Notes: generated from the sequence alone by a model not told the origin. Positions 32,371-46,109 are shown, counted from the whole stretch's first letter. The stretch: 63,973 nucleotides of DNA, filler included, from Circinaria calcarea (GCA_051942165.1; 3 parts of 3 records of this genome joined end to end with filler, not necessarily neighbours in it); one strand, 5' to 3'. Translations and numbers: made by a program.

Positions 32371-34963
32371 TTACGCAGTCCGCTCAATCTCCGCCTTTAC
32401 CCATTTCTCAAGCCCGCCACGCGCGATAATCTCTTGTACGTTCGGCGGCAACTCGCCTACTTTCCGACTCCAGGTCGCTCCGCCCTCGCCTTCTTGAATC
32501 TCCACCCTGCTCCGCCTCACGTCCCAGTGGAAGGTCCAGCCGGTCCTTCTTGTCAGGAGCTTCCCGGCTGTAGGCTTATTAGAAGGCGCAGGTGGCGGTG
32601 CATCGAGTGACTCCCGGTTCAACGACGGCTCACTAATATCCTTTTGCGAAAGCTCCGGAGGCACTCCGGAGAAAGTTTCTCTAAGTCTATGGATCAAACG
32701 AGGCAGCTCGACCCCCAGCAAAGCGTTGTTGATCGAGTTCCGGGAGAAAATATTCCCAAAGCTCCCTGCTACAACCATGGGGATTTTCTTCGCCAAGATT
32801 GCGGTAGCCGCTTGCTCTCTCGAACTTCCACAACCAAAGTTAAATCCGGAGACGAGGATATCTCCTTCTCTGGCAATTGAAGAGAAGGCGGCATCGTAAT
32901 TTGACATGCAGACGTCTGCCATCTTCTCGACGCCAACATCGTCTTGGTACGTGTACTTTCCGGGATAAATACCGTCTGTATTGATGTTGTCTGCATCGCA
33001 AAAAAGGATTTCACCGCTCACTTTCTCGGGAAACCCTGGCAGTACCTCAGTCAAGGATCCGTCTTCCCCCTTTTCCTCCGCCGGTCCTCCTTGAAGATCT
33101 TCCTCGGCGGTCTCCACGAGGCTATCTAATTGTCCAATCACCTTTTCCAGTGCTTCGGCGGCGGTGATCATCCTATCTTCTTCCTTGATTCCATCCCCTT
33201 CACCTCGAACAACCCCTGTCCATCCTTGCGGCTGTTTGTACCAGCCAGGACCAGAAATGTTACCATTCAAGGCGCTCGCAGCAACGACTTCGGGGCTTCC
33301 AAGGTAGGCTTTCGCGTCCGTCGAACCCATTCGACCTTTGAAATTACGGTTACTTGCACTGATTCCAACTTCTCCTGGTTCAAGTAATCCAGTGCCAAGT
33401 CCAATACAAGGGCCGCATCCAGCTGGCAATGGTCTCGCGCCTGCATCTAGCATCGCTTGCCAATCGCCTGCTTCTTCGGCGGCAAGCTGCTCTGGCATCG
33501 AAGCAGCCGCAATATAAAATTCCACCCCTTTTGCAATCCTCGGAATAGTTCCCCCAGTGTCTTTTGCAGCTTCCTTGAATACTTTGGCCGCTGCTGCCAA
33601 ATCGGAGGCACGCGAGTTGGTGCATGAAACAAGGTACGCTTTGTTAATTTTAACTTTTTGGGCTTCCAAATCCCTTAATGGGGTGGCAACCTTGACCGAG
33701 TTGGGACCAGAGACATAGGGCGACAAGGTAGATAGGTCGAGGTGTAAGTGTTTAGCATACTTGGCACCCTTATCGGCAGACAGAGGGTTGGCAAACAGGT
33801 CGTCTACTCGATCATGTGAGAATCGTTTATGCGTAGTAGCTTCTGTAAGCTCGGAATTCCTGTATAGAGCAGCTTCGGTAGCTTTATATCTTAACCACTT
33901 CTGAAGAATGGAATCAATAGGGAACAATCCTGTTAATGCACCCCACTGAAGTCTTGATCAGCAAACTTCTGTTTTGTACTGTAAACTCATCTAGCTCACC
34001 TCGGTCGTCATGTTCGCAATGCAAAGTCGATCATCAATCGGCAAGCTTCTCATCGTCTCTTCCGGTCCACTGAACTCAAGCGCGTGGTTGAGCACCTCGT
34101 CCTGGCTAAAGAGCCCACATAAAGCAACAATGACGTCTTTCCCGGTAACACCGACGGGTAGAGAGCCGGTGAAGTGAATCCTCGCCACTGGAGGTATCTG
34201 CCACCAGGTCCGGCCGGTAGCCCATATACTAGCTGCGTCTGTTCTGACAACCGCTGTGCCAAGGCATCCAATACCTCCATACATATTCGAGTGGCTGTCT
34301 GAGGCGACACAGAGAGTCTAAGCCATCAGTTAGAAGATGCAACCAGACAAGGCCCGGCTTCACCTACTCCAGGCCAAGCGTAACCTTCTTCGACCATAAT
34401 TTGATGCCCTATACCTCGGCCAGCGGGGTAGAAATCCACATGTTGCTGCTTCGCAAACTCCTCGATCTGTCTATATTTCTTTAGATTCGACTCGCTGTTG
34501 TTCTGAACATCATGGTCCAGCGTCAGGACGATTTGCTGCTTGTCTTTGATAGTGGATGCGCCTATGGACATGAATTTCAATGCAACGGGCCATGAGTTGT
34601 CGCTTGCCGAATCAGTCCCAAACCAAAGCTTACAAGAGAAAGCTCCACTCACTGTGTCATACATCGATGCGGCGAGAGCGTTACGTAGTCACCGGCTCGC
34701 ACAAGTTTGTCCTTGGCAAGCCCCACGGAGTATCTTTGTACAATCTTTTCTGTCAAGTTTTGGGGAACAGCTGGTGCGGTCTTGAGAGACGAAAGTACAG
34801 CGGCCGATGATGGGTCTTGGAGCTGCGAATGAAACACATCTTGCCGTTGATGTGGTGTCGCAGTATACCGCCGTGGCTTATGATTCAGTGAAATCCGTAT
34901 AGGGGGAGGTCTCGGGGGTTTGCACCTCAGCAGCAGAGCTCTGGAGCGCCCCTGAATCTTCAT
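32371..34963 (-). CDS. LYS4: Homoaconitase, mitochondrial
   Basis: [77 protein letters not shown]; three introns. Confidence 0.96.
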
Positions 34964-35516
34964 CAATCATTCCAACTTGTAAAAGCACGAATCTCGTAGG
35001 GGTCGTACCAGCATCTTCCTCCGCTACTTCAGCCCTCACACATGTCTGCTCTTCTGATAGGTGGCGGGCAAGATGCGAAATCGCAAATCTATGAAGCGGG
35101 TTTACATTACGCCGAGGATTTAGAATACCGCTCTTTACGGATCACAGAGTAGTATGGGACGAATCGGGGTTTTTATGGACTGGTCGGTTAGGGTTTCCTT
35201 ATTTCCGGATTACACAAACTTGACGCATGGATTAACCATGTGAATGTAGGTTTGTTGTAGCTGGCAGAAGGACAATGTAGTTTTCAGTACACATTACTCG
35301 AGACTAGGCTGCAGAAAGTTGGTTGCCGGGATACGAATTGAATATATTTAATTTTACAATATCTCAATTTGTAAATATAGGTACTGAAATCGGGTAGCTT
35401 CGCAGCATTACCCAATTTATGGGTGATTGATCCGGTTGAATGGGGTATTTCTCTAGCAACGTTGACCACTTGTTGGATGGTTCCTAAATGCCTCTGTAAT
35501 TCACGAATCCAGAGGA

Positions 35517-36769
35517 CTACTTTGGGTTGCACGACTTCACAGATCGACCGCCTAATACAGCTTTCCACGTACACGTCTCGAGTTCATTGGCTGAGTTCGT
35601 CCAAGCTTCCGATTGCTGGAAGATTGTAATGTTAGCATGCGGCGGAAGAGTGTTCAATCCACTGAGACCACTCCGCCTCCTGCTTCTGCGACCGCCGATG
35701 TGCTTCAGTTGAGCTCCGAAATAAGCCCTGCCTCCCTGAGGTGGCTGGTACGGGTGTCGAACGCAGACATTCATAAGGGTCGTTAAAGCGGCTCGGATTT
35801 GCTCCCAGGCAACAGTTAGACTTATGGTAGCAGATATGGCAAACACACAGCTGTTCGAGTGGATAAATGTAACCCCTGGTCCGACAGCAACTGTATCCGA
35901 TGCCGGACCAAGCTGATCCCACTCAATCCGGGAGCAATCAGCGGTAGCTGGACTACCTAGGAGATCATCACATTCATATGTCATCTCACCTTGCGGGGGT
36001 GGCGAGACATGTCGATACCATGGTGTCTGGCCACCTCGGATCATAGTCATAGATTGGCGGCGCCAGTACTCCGAAGTGGATTCAGCGTGTCTTTCAGCAA
36101 AGCTCCCGTCCGGCAAGAGACGAGATGCAATGAGGTTACCTGCCGAGAGGGCAAACGGGACTTCCGGATCGGTATTACCAGGAGAATGGCCACGAGCGCT
36201 CCGGCCGCTAATACTAACCGTAAGGAATGATGCATCTGATGGAATAGGCCGGAGGAGATTTGTTTCAGGTGCCATGCTCCAATCAAGCAGATGCGTGAAG
36301 TGGTACGTCGCAAAGCCTCCGACCGCTGATTCCAACACGCACCTTTCGTAAACGTATATAGCCAGATCACGGAGTTCAGCCGGAGACGCCGAAATCATCG
36401 GACGACCAGCATTACCCCCTACTTCAATTTTCAACGCGCAATCACCTGAAGGCAGTCAGTTTCACCGGTTTTTATAGGAGGCTGTACAGAAAGGAAGCAG
36501 CAATGCCACTAACCTCTAGCTTTTCTATACGGTAGATTGAAAAACCCAGGAGAAGATTGACCGAGATTTGCTGTCGTGTAAGGCAGCATCTCTTCTCCGG
36601 ATGGGAGCGTCTCTATAAGATACCGGCAGTCTGCAGGTACGCTCAATCTACCGTAAACGGGGTCGCAGACATGGAAGTCGGGATAGGGAAGACCGGGTAT
36701 GGAAGGCGCCAAGGCCATGATGTTGATTGAAAGACAAGGGAAGAAGCGCCAGCAATCAAATCCCATCAA
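35517..36769 (-). CDS. Hypothetical secreted Cys-containing protein (2 exons)
   Basis: Hydrophobic N-terminus in exon ~36509-36769, GT-AG intron, then a 305-aa ORF with two Cys-patterned halves. Confidence 0.65.
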
Positions 36770-37719
36770 GCATGTAAAGCAGTCTTGGAAGACGGTTGGG
36801 CCTCCTGTTCGAGGCAGAATAGTCCTCTCTGAGCTCCAGACGGCCGAGAACTTCGATACTGCAGGCAGTGGCCATGATATGGGAAGAGCCTCTGCAAAAG
36901 GCGTTTTAGTTCATATTCCTATGATATGCCATCTTGTTGGCGAAGTCCACCTCTCCGTTGGCCAGTGCCGTTACAATCATTGAAGGCCGCTTAGCAGGTT
37001 CTATCGATCTTCGCTTGGGTTGTTTCCAAAGTGATGGTCTTGTTGAGTTCTTAAAGGATAGACGTCGGCTATTCTGACACATGAAGGAAACAAGAGAGCG
37101 CGGCGAACGAGGCAGTGGTGGGGGTTGCGCCGACCCACGTGATGCATTGATCTATCGAATCGCCACTTATCCTGACTATAGTATCATGGTGAACCCCTTC
37201 ACTCGCTCCTTGTCAGAAAGTATGCGCAGAGATCTTATGTTGAGGCTGCTGCTTAGTGTGCTTCGGCAATCGGAACCAAACATGCAGTCAAGATCTTTTA
37301 CGGCACGCCGAGCATGTGTGAGTGTGTCAGGCAGAGTACAGACAGCTCGGTGTGCGCGAAAGATAAATCAGGGTCCGTACTCCGTATTCTATAATAGCGT
37401 GGCAATCAGAATACTATATTCACCAGTAATCGAGAACGCCAGTAACCCGCCGAGGCCGGAGGCAGTCCTTGGAGTCATCGTTTTTCGCCAACTAGCAAAG
37501 TCTGGATTTCAATACCATCAACGTTGGTCTCTTTACAACATCTTTGCGCATACTCTCGCACTATCTCAAGCGTTCGATCAAGATCAAGGTTCTGTTCTCA
37601 ATCCATCAGCATTGTTCTTTACATTGTACAGCGCATGACTCCAAGCCCTAAGACCTAAGCTACCCTTTTTCGCTGTTGCTCTACCATTCCTCATTTTATA
37701 TTTCCGCCTGATAGTCAGG

Positions 37720-39141
37720 ATGCCTACTCGAGAGGAAATTACCTACTTCGGCGCAGGACCGGCTCCCCTCCCAACCCCCGTCCTCGCTGCAGGAGCCCAG
37801 GCGTTTTTGAACTACGAAAACACAGGGCTTTCGTTAGCCGAGGTATCCCATCGTTCGCCTCTCGCAAACAAGATTTTGGCAGATACCAAAAGCGCCCTGA
37901 GAACTTTCCTGGAAATCCCTGACACGTATGAGATTATTTTCATGCATGGGGGCGGGACGGGCGAGTTTAGCGCCGTTGTCTTCAATCTCGTTGCTGTCTG
38001 GGTGGAGCAGAGGCGGAGGCAAGCAGAAAAAGAGCTCGGTGGAGATGAGGAAAAGGTGCTGGAGAGGGTGAGGAAAGAAGTCCGTGAGGATCTAAGGCTG
38101 GATTATCTGGTCACCGGATCCTGGTCACTCAAGGCATCTCAGGAGGCTGCCAATCTCCTTGAACCACTAGGGGAAAACTTCACGAATGTTGCCGTGGATG
38201 CCAGAAAAGATAACGGCGGGAAATTCGGCAAAATCCCAGATGAAGGCACCTGGAGCCTGACCCCTACAAGGAAAGAAGGAGGCAAAGGCAGTGCCTTTGT
38301 CTACTACTGCGATAACGAAACCGTTGATGGGGTAGAATTCCCCTCTTTCCCGAAATGCCTGGAGCCGCAATCCCAGGATGAAGAAGATGAGCGCCTCATT
38401 GTTACGGACATGTCTTCCAATTTCATCAGCCGCAAAGTAGACGTCTCCAAATACGCCGTCATCTTCGTGAGTTCCCGAACCCGTTGTCTCCACACCATTC
38501 CTCTCCCCTTCCCCCCCCCCGCCCCCCAAAAAATCGAATATACCCACCTAGCTTCTAACCCTCGATAGGGCGGCGCCCAAAAAAACATCGGCATTACCGA
38601 CATCACCCTCGTCATCCTCCGCAAATCCCTCCTCGCCACCACCCCTCCCCCTTCCTTCCTCCACGCCGTCGGCATCTGGTCCCCGCCCGTAATCTTCCAC
38701 TGGCCCACCATCGCCAAGAACAACTCCCTCTACAACACCCTCCCCATCTTCAGCGTCTGGATCGCCGGCCAAGTCCTCCGCGCCCTCCTCGCCCTGCACT
38801 CCCCTTCGCACCCGACCTCCCCCATCGTCGGCCAAGAAGCCCTCTCGGCGCAGAAAGCGAAGATCCTCTACGATATCCTCGACGCGAATCCCGACGTCTA
38901 TCAGGTGTGTGCCGACAAAAATGCCCGGAGCCGCATGAATATCTGCTGGCGCATTGCCGGCGGGGACGCGGCCAAGGAAAAGGAGTTTCTCGAGGGCGCG
39001 GAGAAAAGGGGCTTGCAGGGTTTAAAGGGCCATCGGAGTGTGGGCGGCATCAGGGCGAGCAATTACAATGCCGTGTCGGTGGAGAATGTGAGGAAGTTGG
39101 CCGAGTGGCTGGTGGATTTTGCGCAGCCGCCGATGACTTGA
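37720..39141 (+). CDS. SER1: Phosphoserine aminotransferase
   Basis: YFGAGPA, EVSHRS, YYCDNETVDGVEF, DMSSNF, F|GGAQKNIG (PLP lysine; intron ~38467-38568), SLYNTLP, GLKGHRSVGGIRASNYNA. Confidence 0.96.
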
Positions 39142-39412
39142 GAATGAAGGGGGATTTTTTGAGCGTTTTGCCAAGGGAAATCGGAGAGGAGGGGTAAGAG
39201 GGGTGGGCAGAAGTCCTTCCTCAACGAAGGAGGTTGACGATATATTGCTTGCATGTGTTTAAAAGTTGTCATTATGTATTACTGTGGTCATGATGGAATC
39301 GCTTGCAGAGATAAAGCCCATCATCAAGTCATCCACACATCTCATCATTCATATCTACATTATAAGCTTACAATACCAACGTATCTACCGCCAAAAATTC
39401 TCTCCCATCGAA

Positions 39413-40778
39413 TCAGAGCACCCTCCTCGGATCCAGCGCGCCAACGTTCGCGCTCTTGGCTTTCCCGTCAAACACAAACTCGGATATCAGTTTCCCCGTC
39501 GCGGGTCCATTCTGGATACCCCAACAGGTGTGCCCCGCGGCCATCAGCAGTCCTTTCACCCCAGTCTCGCCGATCAAAGGTCCTGCGCTGGCGCCTTCAA
39601 CGTTCGGGAGGTAGCAAGCCTGACGGGCGGTAACCTCTCCGTCTCTCATCTCATCTGATATAGATGCGACATAGTTGATGATATCTTGGCATCTCGCATC
39701 GTCTGTTTCCACGTCCGCAGTGGTGGGTGGTAGCGGTACCAAGGTATCGCCTTCTCCGCACGCATAGACTTCGTTGTTCGGCCGCGCGTATATCTCCGGC
39801 GTTACGCGCTTGCTGTGAGATCGCTTCGACTTGGTGGATTCGCCGGTACGTCCAAAGTCGGCCGGAAGGGCGATTTCCGTAAATAAAGCATAGGCCGATA
39901 CGGGTCTCGAAGGGCGAATGGTGACACTATGGGCTCGTAAGGCTGATATAGGGGCTGATGGGTACACGGATTTGGTCCAAGGTCCAGCCGAGATAATCAC
40001 ATCTGTGGCGGGTATGGTATGATCTTCAGAATCCTCCTTGGCTTTATAAGTGACAGATTTGACACCGTCTCCTGACTTTTCAATATTCGTCACGGTGCCA
40101 AGGACAACGTTGACACCCTTTTCTTCTGCGAGCGCTGCCATTGAGGTGGTGAAATGGTATGGATGCACCTGCGCAGTCGTGTCTGGGTCGCCCATCTCGT
40201 CGTAGCCGCGCACACTTTCCGCGGCAAACCAGTCCAAGTCTTTTGGGATGCCCGCTGCCCTCAAAGTACCAATAGCTTGCTTGCTTCTTTTCTCTAATGA
40301 TACCGAACCTTCAGTTCCTTTTACGTCATTTTTACCATTGCGCTCATCCAGAGTTCGGCCCTTTGCAGTCAATTGCCCGCAGTGAATCCGGCGATAACCC
40401 CACCTCTCGGCACCGTTATGTTCTTTGGCTAACTGGGCGTGAAGTCGATAGCTGAGAGGTACTATGTTGCTTGGATATGCTAAATGAGTGAAATATTAGT
40501 ATCTGAATATACTTCGGGCCATTGACTTGCAGTACCCCAGAGAGCGAGCAATCCCCCTGCCTTTCCGGATGCGCCGCCAGCAATCTTCGAAGCCTCAAGC
40601 AGCGTGATTTTATGTTTTAAGGGGTCATATAGAGGATGCCGAGTTAGGAAGTAAGCCGTAGTGCAGCCAATGATTCCCCCACCTGATCTTCTTTGTCAGT
40701 ACCTTTATGCACCTCCTAGAACAGTGGTGGCGGCGAACCAATGATGACTATATCTCGCTGTCCTGATGTGATAGACAT
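39413..40778 (-). CDS. FAD-dependent oxidoreductase (DAO family, Tda3-like)
   Basis: DIVIIG|GGIIGCTTAYFL dinucleotide-binding motif, ASGKAGGLLA, AQVHPY, GHTCWGIQNGPATG; two 5' introns. Confidence 0.9.
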
Positions 40779-41119
40779 TATGAACAGGGTTTAAAACTTT
40801 AAATCTTTCAGAGATTAAGATAAATACTAATATTTTACAGGACTGTTGCTGTGGACAATAGTGAACTCGGCTCTGAATTTGCTTCGTATGTGGCGTGAGA
40901 AAGTAGAGCGATGGGCGGGGTTTCACAATACTCAATACTGATAGAGCTAAGATAACATTAAAGTTTCGGTTAAATTAAGGTTCAACGACTTTTAGGGCCC
41001 TGACGTTTGGATAATACTGTAGATTGACGACTCTCTCAAGAGTCTGGAACATAACTTTGCAACAGTCCTTATGCGAAGACTCTGTTCTTTTTCCAAGGTC
41101 GAAGCCTTCGATTTTGGAG

Positions 41120-43330
41120 ATGGAGGGTGAGAGTAGGGGCTTCCGTGAGATTAAAGTCACCGCGAATTCTTCTGTCCACGGAAAAATAAGGGTGAGATAT
41201 ATCCTAAAGGCTCAGGCTGATCCCATTGTACCCACTGATCTTCTAGACAGTTTTCTCGGTAATGATGGTAATGTTTGGGCATGCATTCCACCGAAGCTAA
41301 GAATATTAAAGGGACGACCAAGAAGCTGCTCCCACACCGGTCCCGTGGCGGAATAACTTGGTAGGTGCTTCTCGTTGTGGAGATTATCTCGACAGTTAGA
41401 TCTTATGGTTACTAGACCGCACTTTCCCACCGTTTCAATTTGTATCTCGTTGCATACATTGATCAAATACATGTCTACGCACCACAGTTTCCAAGCCAAG
41501 TGCTATCATCTACGCCTGAGCTAGTCCTTGACCTCCCAGCTTCTCGTCCAGGTCTCTCTGGCTATTTGGATCCGAGTAAGCCTCATGCAGTCAACCATCT
41601 CGTTGTCGGAGATCTTGGAGAAGAGGAAATTGTGGTGGTTTCCTGTGATGATGGCGACGTCATTGCGTATACGATGCGTTCGGTTTCGAACAGTATAACA
41701 GAAAGGAAATTAGGAGAACCCTACGGAAAACCGTCTCTCGCCGATCTCAGGCCTTTCTTCATACAAAATGTTATCCGGAGTGCTTGGGGCCTTGCCATTC
41801 ATAAAAGCGGTCGTATGATTGCAGTTGGTGCAAATTCTCATAACGTCACTGTCTTTGCTTTTGCACTCCGTCAAGGAGAATCCGGCAGTAGTGCAGAATG
41901 TTCGGACGACGAGTCCGAGTTAAATGGCGAGAGTGATCTTTTGACATGCAACGATGATGTTGACTGGAATCCTATTGGAAAATCTTCTGAGCCCCCTGGT
42001 CGCTCAGTTCGCAATATCGTGATTACTCTAAGTGGACACCATGCAAACATACCCAGTGTCTGCTTTTGTAATTCGAAAGACGATCCAGATGGTCGTTATC
42101 TTGTTAGCACGGACATTCGCGGCACTATATTATTATGGGATGTTTGGGCGCAAATCCCTATTGTGAAGCAGTCGATGGCTGGAGCAAATCATCCCACAAT
42201 TTTCGGGTCTCTTGAGAAGTAGGTTAAATATATGGTAACCCCTATGTTTCTTTCCCTGCATTAACTCTGGTTTCAGGTACAGCTGGGGCGTCTTGTGCAT
42301 AGGAGCACAATCATTTCGACTCACTGAAGGGGATGAGGAGACTTTTGGGTGTAAGCCAGAAACAGTTAAAAGCTGCTGGGACGTTTCTGGCAGTCGGACA
42401 AATATTAGAGATTCATCTGTCTGGCATCCATCATTTTCCCAGTTTACTTCGGTGCCCGGACTGAATACTGAAACAGAGGACGAAGCATCTCAAGGATCTA
42501 ATGGCCAACACGAAGAGTCTAACGGATCCGGGGACTCAGCCAACGAATCTGGTGAGCTGGATTGGTTAGATGAGGCAGCGGACTGGCTAGATGAAGCGGA
42601 TGAGGAGGGTGAAACAGACTGGGACTTGAATGTAGAAGTTGCTGCTGGTCCTGGTCTCGGCGACTCTCTGGAGCATCAAGGCGAATCGTTGGTCGTTGGG
42701 AGGCCTCAGCCAAACTATGAGGGTTGCGAACGGGCGGCTTGGGCTCAGAGTAAAACGCTACAAGAGACCGGCCAAAAGCCCAACAAGCTGAACTTCAGTA
42801 TTTTGTATACCTCCGACACGGAGATTTCTTTGTTTCAAGACCCATTCAAGCAAGCTAACGTTACCATGACGGATCCTCTCTTACAGCACATTCCGCCAAA
42901 TCTCACTTGGTTATCTAATTTTAACAGGATGAATATGCTTCTTCAAATTCCCGAACTTGGTATCGTAATTGTCGCAAGTCAGAAGGGTCGAGTAGCACTC
43001 TTAACGCTCACTCGTATGAGGGGGAGCCAAGATCGTACTCTTCGAATTGACTGGATTCTACCTTTTAAGAGTCAAGAAGAACAAGGGCTTCGACCCAATG
43101 CACCCTTGCTGGGCATTGCGGTGGGACCAATACAGGGAAGAGAGCTCATTACTCAAGGACTAGGTAGTGAATCTCCCTATGAAAAGGATTCATGGAGGGG
43201 AGTCGAATCTTCAAGGAGATATAGACTCCTGCTAACATATTTCGACCACACTATCATGTCCTATGAGCTTGAGCGTTCTGCTAGCGAAAGGCAAAGAGTC
43301 GGTATGGAGGAAGAGCTACTGGTCTTCTGA
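41120..43330 (+). CDS. CRT10-like WD40 protein (start approximate)
   Basis: WRNNL|TALSHRFNLYLVAY, PHAVNHLVVGDLGEEE..CDDGDV, SAWGLAIH, NIPSVCF, QIPELGIVIVASQKGRVALLTL. Confidence 0.8.
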
Positions 43331-43581
43331 TGGGGAATATGTAAGATATTTACTAACGGTTGAATGAATCATGAGTTTACACATCTAATACGGAATCACG
43401 TTCTCTGGCTTAACTTGGTTACAGGGAATTGAGCCGCTTAAAAAGACAGAAGTCGCAGATACCTAGACAATTGACATCAATAGGAGGGGAATGCTACTTC
43501 AGGATGCACCTGCTATACCAGCAGTAGTCGGGTATCCCTGGTTCCGCGCTCTTCGTTTCCCGGTATGGCCACTGCCGCGCG

Positions 43582-44429
43582 CTACTCATGCTTTGTCCAT
43601 ATTTTACTAAATTCTTTATCTTTACCATCGATTCCTCTCCTCCGCTTTCTCTTCGACTCCCATTCTCTCCATCCTGCTTCCACCAGATCTTCTTCAACCG
43701 CGAGATCACGGATTCTCAAGGCCCTACACACATATAAGTCCAACACCCAATGCAGCCATCCCGTACTTCTGAACCATTCTGTGATGGTAAACCACGCCAC
43801 AGCTAAGACAGCGCCAGCAGTGCATCCCACGAGCACTTGGCGAGGAGTATGGTAATTGAGATATATGCGAGAAGCCGCAACAAGGACAGCCATTATGACG
43901 CTCATCAGAGAGACCACAGCACGAGGGAGCAGTGGTGTGGGCGAGTTTGAAGGGGGAGAAGTGGAGTGAGAAGGGGGTAAGGCGTGCCGATAAAGGAGAA
44001 ATAGGGTGAGTGAGACCGAATAAAAGGCGAGGAACTGCGCGTGAGAAGAAGGCATGCCATAACCCTTGCCATTCATTTCTATAACGTAGATATCCGTCAG
44101 CTGTTTTTTGCTAGAGCTACAGAAAGGGTGGGGGCATACGTCTTGGCCTCTCCTCTTTAATAAGGCGCTTCAAGGCGAAATTCAAAGCTTCACAACCCAT
44201 CTGGCCGGCGAACATAAGGATCACCTCGACCTCACGGGTGGCCCAGATTAAGGTGATGTAGGTAACGCAGAGGCCTTGAGGGACCAAGGCCAGGTATGCG
44301 CAGAGATATGATATAGGGTCGGCGGGGTTCTGTCACCATGGGTCAACTGAATGCGGCCGAACCAATCTATTAGAGACTTACGTAGTGGACGTGTGTCAGG
44401 GACAAGGAGGCGAGCGGAGCATCGTCCAT
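43582..44429 (-). CDS. CAX4: Dolichyl pyrophosphate phosphatase (PAP2 family)
   Basis: MDDAPLASLSLTHVHY|NP.D, KRLIKEERP, GYGMPSSHAQF, SRIYLNYHTPRQV; two introns. Confidence 0.9.
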
Positions 44430-44621
44430 TTTCTTGCCAGCAAGAATGAAGATGCTCCTCTAGATTTGATAGTAAGATTACTGGGTATGCTGCCCTCGAC
44501 TCCTCGAAGTTCCAACGACTGTCCGGCTTATCGGTGGTAAGATGCCGCTTTTACCGGTTCATCCAGCACTAGTAAAAGCGGCTCTCGAAGTCGATGTATT
44601 AGCTCCAAAGGGGTGGCACTA

Positions 44622-45643
44622 TATACACACCCCTAGTACCTACATGCACACCCCAATTACCATAATTGCACCCCCCCCCCCAATTAGGCAATAAAAAAGA
44701 TTTTTTTGGTATATCGAGGGTCTAGGTTAATATCACGTGACCTGGGCCTTTATTTATTCCGTGATTAAGAACAGGTAATAAGTCTATATTACGGGTTCAG
44801 CTTAGCGATATATAAAGGTTTTTAAAAACCCGAAAATTCTATATCACGGTATATATTATTTCTACGCAATAATAAGCTCTAAAATCACTATATTTATTTA
44901 TTAAAATCATGAATTTCGGGCGTAAATTGGCATGGATTTTTAATTTAAAAACCTTGATTTTTAGGATTGCGCCCGTATGGTAAAATTAAGATTTACGCCT
45001 CATAATATAAATTATATACTACGCGCGAGCTGCTTCACGTATAAGGGCGCTGCAATCCTTGGGGCCTATTAAAGAATATAATAGGTCCCGATTGATAATA
45101 GCACGGTTATATAGGGTGTAATTAAACTATTGCCCTAGGCTCAATATAAAAGGAGTATATTGAACTCGTTATGGTTCTATAAACATGCTATTCTAATAAA
45201 CGGGAATAGCCTATTTATATAATATCGTGTTCTTTTTATTCACCCTGCTCACCTTATGAGCATACTAAACAACCGGAGCAGCACGTTTATTTTACTCATC
45301 TTACTCACCTCATGAGCATACTGAGCAACCGGATCGGTGGTTACCCCGCTCCGGGTCTAGTCTTAACCGAGCCCTAGTACATGCTATGGTGCTGGCGCCA
45401 TAACATCACGATTGTTATATTGTTGATCTCCAGCCTCCACCACGTAAATAAAGGATTCTGTTTAAGCCATATCTAAGTTAATAGAAGATCTATGAGTGGC
45501 GTAGTTTTTAATATTTATTTACATACGAGCGTGGTGCGTTGATATATAACATATTTTGTTAAACTACTGATTTTATTACCTAATCGGGGGGGTGTGCAAC
45601 TATGGTATTTGGGGTGTGCGTGTAGGTACTAGGGGTGTGCATA
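44622..45643. mobile_element. Non-autonomous TIR DNA transposon (MITE-like), about 1.02 kb, about 75-bp TIRs
   Basis: Left end TATACACACCCCTAGTACCTACATGCACACCCCAATTACCATAATTGCA.. matches the reverse complement of the right end (TATGCACACCCCTAGTACCTACACGCACACCCCAAATACCATAGTTGCA..). AT-rich interior with no ORF. Confidence 0.9.
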
Positions 45644-45743
45644 NNNNNNNNNNNNNNNNNNNNNNNNNNNNNNNNNNNNNNNNNNNNTTAATTAATTAAN
45701 NNNNNNNNNNNNNNNNNNNNNNNNNNNNNNNNNNNNNNNNNNN
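45644..45743. other. Artificial contig linker (N44-TTAATTAATTAA-N44)
   Basis: Same all-frame stop spacer as at 22937. Confidence 0.98.
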
Positions 45744-46109
45744 GATGGATCAATCGTTCCTGCAAGTCAGCCTCAACAGACCAAGGATGTTATCAGAGGC
45801 TGGATTAGCGGCTTGGGAGCTTGGGATCTGGCAGGGCTTGAACGAGCAGTCCTGGCAGGGAAAAGCCTCTGTGTAGCTGTCAGACTGGTGGTGGAGTGGA
45901 GCGAAAATTTTCATGACCTGCGCCAGGCTTTGCACCAAGAGCAAAGAAGCAAGAGGTTCGGCATTGAAGAGGCTGCGGAGGCTTGCAGTCTCGAGGTGAG
46001 GTGGCAGACTGGCATGTGGGGCGAAGTCGAGGATACTCACGATGTGGAGAAAGAAGATTTAGGTCGACAACTTGGTAGCGTCATCCTAGTGGTTGGGGGA
46101 AGGGCTTAG
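45744..46109 (+). CDS. ATP12: Mitochondrial F1-ATPase assembly chaperone, 3' part
   Basis: LAGLERAVLAGKSL...AAEACSLEVRWQTGMWGEVEDTHDVEKEDLGRQLGS. Confidence 0.88.
   Translation, partial: DGSIVPASQPQQTKDVIRGWISGLGAWDLAGLERAVLAGKSLCVAVRLVVEWSENFHDLRQALHQEQRSKRFGIEEAAEACSLEVRWQTGMWGEVEDTHDVEKEDLGRQLGSVILVVGGRA

Noticed and set aside
37081..37638. 185-aa ORF upstream of SER1
   Set aside because: No motif or homology recognisable; lies in a divergent promoter region and is probably spurious.
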